From: Wallemia ichthyophaga EXF-994 | Lineage: Eukaryota; Fungi; Basidiomycota | DNA: 32,000 bases | Direction: 5' to 3' | Assembly (NCBI RefSeq): GCF_000400465.1 | Contig: NW_008806302.1 | Coordinates: 1-32,000 of the forward strand | Shown here: in pieces, positions 12,479 to 22,369 of the stretch | How the letters are laid out: every line of letters begins with the position of its first letter | Numbering within the stretch: position 1 is the stretch's first letter | Notes under the pieces: model-generated | Seen by the model: only the letters and a program-made list of their open reading frames with translations | What the model was told of the DNA's origin: nothing | Database searches by the model: none | Made by a program: the position numbers and the translations under genes

Positions 12479-13537
12479 TCAAAGACCAATGACACCTCCA
12501 CCAGTGTCGCAGCCATTCAAGACGCAAGTGCCTGCCGCTAATCTCTTGAGACCAACAGGGTTGTCGACCTTGAGGTTGCCGTTGTCTCTTTCGTGACCTC
12601 CGTCGATGAGGCCCAATACCCTGCGAGAGAGATCTGATTTGTCATCTTCTCCACGCACTTCAAGATCGAGACCCAACACCTCATCATCTGAACGCTTGTC
12701 GATGACTCTGAGGCCTATGGATTCCTCTGAGTACTGTTCATTAGCTCTAACGCCTATGTGAAGTTTATTATCGTCGTCGTGGTCATGAGCATCGTCGGTA
12801 AGCAAACCGTTGCCATCGACAGATCTCACACCAACGTGTGCCAAGTCAGGGCTACCGTCGTTGAGCAAAATGCCTCTCCTGCCAACATCCAGGGTAATTG
12901 CATTATTATGGTCGTTATGGTCGCTGAGGAGGCCTCCGCGTCTAAGGACATCGAGCAGCTCAGCGCCGTCGCCAGTGTCGCCAAGACCGAGTGCCGCACC
13001 ACGCTTGAGTAGACCAATCAAAGGCTCGTCATTGTGATTGCCGCTGTCGTTTAGGATGCGGCCAAAGAGACCGAGCGTTGAATCGCGTTCGCTATCGCCT
13101 TCTCCGCCGATACCCAGGATAGCGCGCTGGAGAAGATCAACGTCGATCGTCCCTGAAGAGTCAGTGAGGTCCTCCGTGCGTCTAAGCACATCAACGCCGA
13201 GAATATCGCCCTCGCCGTCATGACCGCCATTTGAACCGAGGATGCGCTTCAGGATGTGCACATCAAGAAGCCCATTATCGTCGTCGTGTCTTTTGAGCAC
13301 GCTGACTTTGTTGTTGGTGAGCAACTGCGCGGAGTAGTCTGGTTGACTGTCGTGCTGTTCGTGTTGTTCGCGTGTGTTCAAGAACAGAATACCCTTTCCG
13401 TCATCTGTAGGATTTTGAGTGTTGCTTGCTTAGAGTGACGCGCGCTGCCCACCCGTTTTGTCATCGAGGATGCGTCTGGTGGGCGCAGCGAGAATGGCTG
13501 CTGCACACGACGCGATGAGGGGGAGACGAAGGAGCAT
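12479..13537 (-). CDS. Secreted Kex2-processed repeat protein (KEP)-like precursor, 336 aa, intron 13452-13405
   Basis: Signal-like MLLRLPLIASCAAAILAAPTRR, spliced in phase 1 to ORF 12479-13381. Repeated units end in KR, RR or VR. Confidence 0.75.
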
Positions 13538-13725
13538 GGTGCGTGAATAAGAAGGAGACGGTTGCGGAGTAAATTGTAAATGGCTAAATTGCTCCCTCAC
13601 ATTTCCTAATCCGGCATACACATCGACGGCGAGGAGCGAGAAATGGCGCACAAGTTGATAGCATTGCCGGAAGGTGTGTGAGGGTGGATATAAAGATTCC
13701 CACTTACACGCTCCAGACTGCTTCA

Positions 13726-14744
13726 ATGAGCGCGGTTGCGCGTCGATTGTGCGTGTGCCGCGTCCACTCAACACTCAGGAAAGAATATTGGTGGCAGTGT
13801 CGAGTGATTCAGACAGGCTTTATGAGATGCACGCTACACAGGCGCGTCATGAGGAGGACAGATGCTGGTTCGTCGACCAGCTAATAGTAGCAGGTGGGTG
13901 GGCGTTGGCGGGTGCCACAGCTATAGCTCACAAACACGCTATATAGACCCACGGCTCATTACTGCCACACCGCTCGATCCCACTTTCATCGTTGCAAGTT
14001 TGTTGCTGTCGGTGCCTGATCACGCGAGGAGTGTGAGTGGAGGTGCGCAGGCCTTGCGAGACATACTTTCTAACACCAAATACACCCAGACATACAGTCG
14101 ATTCGAAGATATTACCGATACATTGCGGAATGCGCACACAGACTGCGACATTCTCCCGCTCCTGCACACTAACGCTGCTAAAGCGGGTTTGGAGCGGTGT
14201 TGCGAGAGCAAGGAGCTAGCGGCGGATGAAATGGTGTACAAGCTGAGCGAGCCGCGGTATCTGGGGTATTTAGATGCCAAGATAGCCAGATGTCTCAGCA
14301 CAGTGGTCGCGCAGCGTGATATCAAATGCGTTGAACCGCCCACACATCACCTGCTGACGCCGGAACTGACGCTGCGTAGGTGTATGCGTTAGTGGTGAGT
14401 GCACCCGCTGACTACGATTACCTGCAGAGTCGTACAAGAGGAACATGGTCGAGTGTGTGCTGTATAACGTGCCATACTCCCTGCACACAATTGTCAGACA
14501 ACACAACACCACACCCGACCTCGACGCTTTCGATGCCGAGCAGAGCAAGCAGACGCATCAGTCAGACACACTCATTCGCTCGAATAAGGGTGGATACGAC
14601 GAGGGCAAGGAGCTGGATAGGGAGGAGGTGAAGAAACCAGCCAAGGCGTCGAGAGGCGCGGAGAACTTGAAGAAAGTGGATACATCCAAGATGATGAAGC
14701 TGGATGGCTTCTTTGCAAAGAAGCCTGTAAATCGCAAAGAGTAG
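13726..14744 (+). CDS. RNH202: Ribonuclease H2 subunit B (Ydr279p family), multi-exon
   Basis: LYEM..RCWFVDQLIVA|DPRLITATPLDPTFIVASLL, YLGYLDAKIARC, and C-terminal LKKVDTSKMMKLDGFF (PIP-box-like). Introns include 13894-13946 and 14376-14427. The start and first intron are uncertain. Confidence 0.8.
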
Positions 14745-14781
14745 TACGTACAATGTAAATGTTCCACCATGTATACCCATC

Positions 14782-15696
14782 TCAAAGCTTTTGACACATC
14801 ATGAACGAGACGGGGAAGGCCATCTCCAAAATAGCATTCGCATCACCAATTTCCTCATTAATCCCATTTTTGAGATCACTGATGAGTGTGTTGGTTGGGT
14901 GCAACTCACAGTACTTGGAGTAACTCGACCAGGTCGCCAGATACTCAGCAAAGGCATCAATAGATGTGGTACTTTTGAGTTTATACTCGGTGCTGCTGTC
15001 GTAGAATAAGCGTCGATTGTTCACTCCCCACCTAGGAAAGTGAATGTCTCGGAGGAGATTCTCGAGGAACCGGCGACCGGGCTGCTGCCAGTAAGGGGCG
15101 CAGGTGTTTTTGAAGGAGGCAAAAGCGTGGAGATGTGGGTGGCTGAGGAGTTGTACGTCTCCGTAGACCTGAGATAAGATAAGATAAGATTTGTGCTGTG
15201 TGCCGCCAAACTCACCAGGTAGACCAGTGAGCCACCGCTGGTGAGAGCATCGCCGAGTAGCTCCCACAACTTGCAGTCAGCGGTGTGGTTGGGCGGGGAG
15301 TGAAACCAATGTGCGGCTTGTGCGCTAACGATGAGATCGACGGGTTCGGTGAGAAGAGAAGGCAGCTCTCCAGCAGATGCCTCGCGCAGCTGCACATTGT
15401 CCGCACCCGCCAAACCCTTCCCAGCCTCGCGAATCATTTGCTCGGACGGGTCAGTCGCTAGCACCCAGTCGGAGTGGGCGGCGAGGTAGCTCGTTATCGT
15501 GCCTGGTCCACAGCCCAGCTCTGCACTTCGGATACTGCGGCGGCCGTGGTAGCGCATTATCTCATCGAGAAGCGCCGTCGTGTAGCGCGGACGCGCAGCT
15601 GCGTACTTGGAAGAAGAGAAGCTGAAGTGGAGTGGGTTGGTGTGGTGGCTGAGCGTGCTTTCATTCCACTCACGCTTTGCTCGCGAATTGGGACAT
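14782..15696 (-). CDS. Class I SAM-dependent small-molecule methyltransferase (Tmt1/Crg1-like)
   Basis: MSQFASKA|FSSSKYAAARPRY, ELGCGPG (SAM motif I), ATDPSEQM, VDLIVSAQAAHWF. Introns 15673-15622 and 15215-15169, with a possible third in-frame intron. Confidence 0.85.
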
Positions 15697-15865
15697 GCGT
15701 TTAGTAGATGAGATTGATAAGGAAACCGAAATGACGTAGTTGGATTCATAAGCAGAAGAATTGGTAAGCGTTGGGGAATGTATGGGCTGCATTAATTTGT
15801 AATCAGGGGTATAAAGGGAGCGCATTTTCAACCATAGTGACCGTCATCACAAAAACACAGACGCA

Positions 15866-16807
15866 ATGACAGTGGCAACAACACTCATAATTGGCGCGAC
15901 CGGCAACACCGGCAAGAGCGTAGTAAACACACTGAGCAAGCTGAGCAACACAACAATAATCGCACTCACACGCTCACTGAACAACCCAATCGCAAAGGAC
16001 CTGGAAAAACTGCCAAACACCCAAGTAATTGAGAAGGACTGGACGACCGTTGATGTGGATTTCTTCAAGTCTCATAACATCCAAAAGGTATTTGTGGCTT
16101 CTCATAACCTGCCATCACATTTTACGGACGAATCGCTCTTGTACACTGCAGCGCTACACGCAGGAGTGAAGTATGTGGTGAGGATATCGACGTTTGTTCA
16201 TTTTATAGGACCAGCGAGTCCAATTTACTACGGGAGGAACCACTGGGCGATAGAGAACCTGCTCAGCCAACCTGAGTTCAAGGAGTTGCAGTGGACATCC
16301 CTCCAACCCAACTTTTTCGGGAACACATTCCTGGTCACAGCGGCACTCTGGTTAAACAAGTACAAGGAAACAGGCGAGAAGGATACGCTCAAGGTGATGC
16401 TGGATGAGAAGGAACCAGTTGCGATGATAGATCCAGATGACGTCGGTGTTTTTGCAGGACATTTGCTCAATAGCAGCGACTACACGCAACACAACCACGC
16501 CAAATACGTGCTTGCAGGACCGGAGAATGAGAATGGAAGGTCAGTTGTGGAGGCAGTGGAGCAGCTTGCCAAGACCAAGGTCGACAAGGTCGAATACAGG
16601 TGCGACGACTGGCTGGAAATGCTGCCATCTATGGGATATGCGAAGAATGTGATGCCATCGATCGCAAAAAGCAGCTCATTGTTCTTGTGGACGGGTAGAG
16701 GGTCGGTGGAGAGCTCGCCAAACAGTAAAGAGGTAACAGAAATCGCACCACCTAAGACTCGGATCGGTGAAAATTTGATCAAACTGTGTGAATCGATGGG
16801 GGCTTGA
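15866..16807 (+). CDS. NmrA-like NAD(P)-binding Rossmann-fold protein (313 aa, intronless)
   Basis: N-terminal LIIGATGNTGKSVV glycine-rich motif, WTSLQPNFF, VAMIDPDDVG, YVLAGPE; upstream TATAAA near 15810. Confidence 0.85.
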   Translation: MTVATTLIIGATGNTGKSVVNTLSKLSNTTIIALTRSLNNPIAKDLEKLPNTQVIEKDWTTVDVDFFKSHNIQKVFVASHNLPSHFTDESLLYTAALHAGVKYVVRISTFVHFIGPASPIYYGRNHWAIENLLSQPEFKELQWTSLQPNFFGNTFLVTAALWLNKYKETGEKDTLKVMLDEKEPVAMIDPDDVGVFAGHLLNSSDYTQHNHAKYVLAGPENENGRSVVEAVEQLAKTKVDKVEYRCDDWLEMLPSMGYAKNVMPSIAKSSSLFLWTGRGSVESSPNSKEVTEIAPPKTRIGENLIKLCESMGA

Positions 16808-17018
16808 AAGTAAAAGGGAGGTGTGATGGGAAAGAGCTAAGGAATGATGTAATCATGTAAAAAATAATGAAAATATAAACGAAAGAGTGATTGAGATGAT
16901 GATATTGATGTGGGTGGTATGCGTAGAGCGAGAAGAAAGAGTAGAACACGGAGACACACAGTGAGATGATAAGACTGAGAATTGAAGTGAAAACACTCTT
17001 TATAAATATACGTCGACG

Positions 17019-17696
17019 ATGATTAAGGTGAGTGGGTAGGCGAGTAGAGGCACAGCTAAACGAGTACACAGATCTGGTCAATGAAGAAGGAGGCCGAGAA
17101 CGGGCAGAAGAAGAAGCCAAAGACGAGTGCTGCTCAGTTGAGGGTGCAGAAGGGTGACTAACCTAACCTAACCTGCAGGTGGACAAGCTAACAAAGCCAA
17201 TAGACATTACAGAGCTAGAACTACCGTCTACAATGTCCACTAACTTCCCCAATCCGTCAGATTTACTCAACTTTGAGCTGATTATACAGCCAGATGAAGG
17301 TGGCTGTCTGGCTGTATCTAACACGCTAAGACTAACAAACTCCCAGGCATGTACAAAGGCGGTTCATTCAAATTCACCTTCAATATTTCCAACAACTACC
17401 CGCACGAGGCACCCAAAGTCAAGCTCACCCAGAAGATCTATCACCCAAATCTTGATCACCAGGGAAACGTCTGCTTGAATATTCTCCGCGAAGACTGGAA
17501 GCCTGTTCTCAATCTCAACGCTCTTGTCGTTGGTTTACAGTATTTGTTCCTCGAACCCAACGCAGAGGACCCACTCAACAAGGACGCTGCCAACGATCTA
17601 CTCAGAGATCGCAACCAATTCAAATCCTGGGTGGCTGCTTCCATGTCTGGCAAGCCTGTCAAAGGTGAGCCATACGATTACGTCTTAGCTAGATAG
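17019..17696 (+). CDS. UBC12: NEDD8-conjugating E2 enzyme Ubc12, 4 exons
   Basis: MIK|IWSMKK...AAQLRVQK|DITELELP...PDE|GMYKGG...IYHPNLDHQGNVCLNILREDWKPVL...FLEPNAEDPLNKDAA. Introns 17028-17071, 17154-17203, 17300-17346. Confidence 0.96.
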
Positions 17697-17772
17697 ATAG
17701 CTGCCTAGCAACGATCCAATCAATTTTATTAGATTTCATGTATTTTACTCGTTCATCTCCCATCGAATCTCC

Positions 17773-17820
17773 CGCCGTGTTCCTCCTTGATCTCAGCGCC
17801 GTGTTCCTCCTTGATCTCAG
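17773..17820. repeat. Perfect 24-bp tandem duplication just upstream of the POM152 ATG
   Basis: CGCCGTGTTCCTCCTTGATCTCAG at 17773-17796 and 17797-17820. Confidence 0.95.
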
Positions 17821-17826
17821 ACGTCC

Positions 17827-20800
17827 ATGAGTACCCCGCGCACCGTGGCTGATGCACATCTCCCACGCATCCCCACTTCCATCTTCAACGCCCCTTCTCA
17901 GCGCCTACTCGCTCTTAGCGCCCTCACTGCCCTCCAAGCATACAAATTATCCATCTCTCTCTCCCTATGGTCCACACAGAGCTCTACACGCCTTCTAGAC
18001 TCTGAAATCGCTCTCTATAGATGGTCGCTGATCGATCTCTCTGCTATCTTGCTTATCTGGTGGTTGCGGATCCCTCGACTGAGATTCCACAAATCCGTGT
18101 GGGTCGCTGCAGCAGCCGCGTTCTTTGCATTTGATTGGTTCCTCTTGGGCAGTTGGAAGGTGCGTAGTCTATTTGCTCAATTTCCTCCTCTCACTCTCCC
18201 CAGCTACCCGTAACCCAGTTATCCACACTCATAATCCCTTCTTCCCTGCTAAACGCGTTCACTTTCTACAAAACTCCGCAGGAACACAGCGTTAGGCTCA
18301 AGGACGTCATCGGTAACCGCGATAGCCATCTCAGAGGCGAGCACACGGTTAGAGTTGGTGGCTTCAGCACCGCAAAGCTCAACCCAACCACTCAGTCTTT
18401 CTGTGTACCCATAGCTCCCACCAATCCAATCGCCCTGCCTATTCTCTTCAACAACACCGATCCTCTCGTTCTCGCCTACTCTGTCACCCCCCTCAACCAC
18501 GACGGCAGCTTGGCCGAGGAAAGCCAAGTGGAAATCCAAGGCAGGGAGCTAGAGAAGAGCAGGCTTGGGTACGCTGATGATGACGATGATTTCTTCGACC
18601 CTAACCACGACTTGTACTCCCCACACGACGAGTTGGCTCTCTTGCCCCGTGGTCCAGGTGTCAGTGCCCCTCCACGCCTCCAGAAAACTCAAAATATCCG
18701 TTACATTCCACTTAATCCCTCCTCACTTCCTCCACCCCCTTTCATCGTCCGCCTTAAGCACGTCGTCGACAAGTCTTCCGAATTAGACGCCCGTCTAGCA
18801 CGCACTGAGGCTGTCGTTGTAGAGTGTCCCTCTGCTGGTTTCGCTAGTGACCAACCCACACAACCCAACCACGGCGACCGCTGTGTCGGCGACAAGGTTG
18901 GCCTTCAGTTGGGTGTGCGTTCCGCCGGCGGTGCCAGTGTTGGTTGGATCAGCCGCGGCCCGGAGGGAAGTGATTTGCGAAAACTGGATAATATCGGCTC
19001 GACAGCGTACACGACATCTGCAGCGCATGCACGCGCCGTATCAACGACAACCTCCATCCCTATCAACGTTACGCTCGACAGGGCCGGTGCATACAGTCTT
19101 GAGCTGGCTTCACTGGCTGATTTCTTCGCCAACGAGCCATACCCATCGCTGTACGAGTCGGGGCTACAGCATGCGTCGTCATCTGTGCACTACAACTCGC
19201 ACCCACGCCCTGTTGTACAGTTCGCTGGCTGTACAGCTGAGCAGCCCGTGCGGCTACTGGAGGGCGAGAAAGCATCGGCCGAGTTGAGTGTGAGTGTTGG
19301 TGGTATATCCCCAGCGGAAGGGGGCGTTGATGTTAGCGTAACTTATTTCGATAATCCGGATCTACAGCGCAGCGGTGCGTCTACTCCGCTCAGTGTGCAC
19401 ATTCCCGCTGGACACACACACGCTGCCTTGCGAGTCACTCGCCCTGGTTACTACAAGATGGAGGAGGTGCGCGGTGAGTACTGCATCGGCGCAACGCACC
19501 TTCCCGACGTGTGCGGCGTGCAGACCACACCCAGACCGACACTCAATATGGATATACGTACTATAGAAGACTGTAGCGGGGAAGTCGGTATACGCGCTCA
19601 GATGGCCCTCACCGGTGCAGCGCCATTCACGCTAGCATACCTTGTCGAGTTTGCTGGCGAAGCGAAGCGGGTAGAGAAGCGGATTCACGCGAGCAGAGAT
19701 GAGCTCTCATTGACACCGGAGCGTGAGGGCGAGTACAAGTACACGTTCCTAGCGCTGTCTGATGCCAACTACCGCGATATCGCACTAGGAGAGCGAGGCG
19801 AGGGCATAACGGCGACGCAGGTTGTACATCCACTTGCAGGTGCGTCCTTCGCCGAGCCATCTACCAAACGCACCGTGTGGAGCTGCGAAAGCGGGACGAT
19901 AGATGTCCAAGTGGAGTTCACAGGGAGCGGTCCATGGACGCTAGAATACCAGACGAGTGGAACGAGTGCATCTTCCATCGCCGCACCCACTGCATTCAGC
20001 GAGAAGGATATACACAACCGTCGTCACACACTCGCTGTGCCCATACCTGCAGACATTGATCGCCTTGGGGGGCAATTCCGCGTCAGCCTTGCTGGCGTCG
20101 AGGATAGCAGGCGTTGTCGCAAGGCGCTAGCGCAGGATTACACAGTGGTCGTGCAGAGGGTTAAGCCGACCGCAAGGCTATCGGGCGCCACCAGTGCCAC
20201 AGTACGCGATGGAGAGTCAGCGTATATACCCGTACGCGTGACAGGCGATCCGCCTTGGGTGGTAGGATATGAGCATGGTGGGCAAGCTCACACCGTTACC
20301 ACCCACTCGCGCCAGACTGACCTTGTCGTCGACAGCGAGGGGTTGTATCGGCTGACGGAGGTGCGGGATGCTCATTGCCCTGGTACTGTTGTCACCGGTG
20401 AGGATAGTTTTGCGCTTGACTTTATCCCACGCCCGTCGCTCAGTTTGGGTAAGCAAACGCAGACGCAGGAGCAGAAGCGCAAACATCATCACACACTCCC
20501 GCCCGTGTGCACTTACGATGACAGCGCTGTCTCCCTCGCTATCTCGGGCGAGCCGCCATTCGAGGTGGTGTACGAGCACACACACAGCGGTGCAAGAGCG
20601 GACGAGCGCATTGCGAGTGTGCGTCAAAACCCTCTCGTCAGTCTCGACACAGCGGTGGCTGGCACACATGTGTACCGGTTTGCGGGTGTTGGTGATGCAA
20701 ATTACGCATTGGCTGGGAGTGGGAGTGCGCAGGTGCAAGTAGAGCAGGTAGTGGTAGAGCGACCCTATGCGCAATTCGCGCATACACCACGCGCGTCGTA

Positions 20801-21710
20801 CTGTCTGGGCGATGTCTTAGCGCCGCGTGAGCACGCTACACACCCTACTCACACCCCCCTCATCGAGCTGCACGGCACAGCACCGTGGGTGCTTGACCTG
20901 GAGGTAGTCGAGGAGGGAGGAGCACATGCTCGGCGCGTATCTGTGCGCGATATCCGCGAGCCGCTGTGGGCGTTAGATCTTTCCCCGCTGCGCTTGCTAG
21001 CTTTCGGCGCACACCGCATCAGTATTGTCGGCGTACACGACGCGAGTGCGTGTGTGGCTGATGGGGGTGAGGAGAGCAGTGCACACCGTCGCAGCACCCT
21101 CATCGACGTGGCGGAATCAGCTACTGTCGTGCCGCGCGCTCGCGCCGAGGATGTATGTGTTGGTGACAGCATGGATTTCCAACTAGGCGGTAGTGCACCC
21201 TGGGTTGTGCGGTACGAATGGGACGGCGTAACGAACACGGTAAAGAGCCGCTCGGCGCTTTTCAGCCGCGTCGCTGAGGAGGAAGGTCGCTTTGCGATCA
21301 CGGAGGTATCCCACCACTCCCAGCGTTGCCCAAGCGCTGTGGATATTCGCCGTAGCGTTCACCCTCTCCCTGCAGCCTCGGTTAGCGAGGGAGACACTTA
21401 TATTGAAGATATTCGCGAAGGCGATCAAGCTGAAATTCGCTTCTCCTTCACTGGCACTCCCCCTTTCACTTTCACGTACGAGCGTAGAGAAAACATCCAG
21501 CGTGGACGCTCGCATGAACTGGGCAGAGTGCTCGAGAGACATACAGTGACGGATATTATGGAACATGAGCATTCAATTTACTCGTCGTTGGAGGGTGAGT
21601 TGGTGCAACTGCTTGCACACACACACTAACACAAATCAGGCACTTACGTCGTCTCCTTCATCCAAGACAGCTACTGCAGATATCCAAAAGATACACTGTA
21701 TAGAACATGA
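17827..21710 (+). CDS. POM152: Transmembrane nucleoporin Pom152, 3 exons
   Basis: N-terminal APSQRLLA..LQAYK..WLRIPRL transmembrane region followed by Ig-like repeats (GAAPFTLAY, GSGPWTLEY, GDPPWVVGY, GEPPFEVVY, GTAPWVL, GSAPWVVRY, GTPPFTFTY), ending IQDSYCRYP. Introns near 18160-18218 and 21595-21640. Confidence 0.93.
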
Positions 21711-21740
21711 TCTAATTTATATAAATACACTTGATTTCAT

Positions 21741-22271
21741 TTAGCTGGTGAGAGGGGCTGGGTTGGTGGGGTTGGTCGGAGTGCCTGAGCTTCCTGGGTT
21801 GCCTGGGTTGCCTGCACTAGGCACAGCACCAGGTGGAGCGAGCATTTTGCCACCGCTCATAATGTGTCGGTGTGCCTGTAGCTGCGAGTAGAAATCCGCG
21901 TCGCTGATAACGCCCTTAAAGATACGCTGGCGCTTAGAAGGAGCGTTCTTCTTGTTGAGATCGACGCCTCTAGCCTCAGCCCTCTTGCGCTCATACTCGG
22001 CTCTGTCTGGTGCGGGTACACCCTCCATACCGAATATTTCAATCTCAAAGGTAGATCTCCCTGGCAGCGCATTTTCAATCCTGTCAGCCTCGAGCTTGTG
22101 TACTTGTTGGCAGTGCACCGCTAGACCATTGGCAGTGTTCAGCCGACGTGGACACAGCGTACAGCGGAAGTGTTTGGCTTTCTGGTGCGAGATTAACACC
22201 TTGTCATCCTCAAATTCCCTCTCGCAGTACCAGCACCACGGCTTATTTTCAATCCTGCGTTTCTTGACCAT
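21741..22271 (-). CDS. C2H2 zinc-finger protein, BuGZ/ZNF207 family (176 aa)
   Basis: MVKKRRIENKPWCWYCEREFEDDKVLISHQKAKHFRCTLCPRRLNTANGLAVHCQQVH...NALPGR...EIFGMEGVP is the ZNF207/BuGZ N-terminal signature. Confidence 0.9.
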   Translation of the reverse strand: MVKKRRIENKPWCWYCEREFEDDKVLISHQKAKHFRCTLCPRRLNTANGLAVHCQQVHKLEADRIENALPGRSTFEIEIFGMEGVPAPDRAEYERKRAEARGVDLNKKNAPSKRQRIFKGVISDADFYSQLQAHRHIMSGGKMLAPPGAVPSAGNPGNPGSSGTPTNPTNPAPLTS

Positions 22272-22369
22272 GGCGGTGTGGAGATGGCCGTTAGGTGTTA
22301 AGAAGCCTTGTTAACCCAACACGGTCAAGATAAAAGAAATAAAATTTAAAATTTAATATAATACGCTGA

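Noticed and set aside
12479-13537. Calling the repeat protein a dikaritin-type RiPP precursor
   Set aside because: The repeats are highly diverged rather than near-identical cores, and no DUF3328/UstYa or tyrosinase gene is in the window. It is kept only as a generic KEP-like precursor.
17157-17180. (CCTAA)n run resembling a TTAGG telomeric repeat
   Set aside because: Only about three units, inside a UBC12 intron, and better explained as repeated CTAAC branch-point motifs.
18565-21572. Many overlapping ORFs on both strands inside POM152
   Set aside because: GC-rich coding sequence has few stops in alternative frames; none has recognisable motifs and all overlap a strong 1000+ codon ORF.
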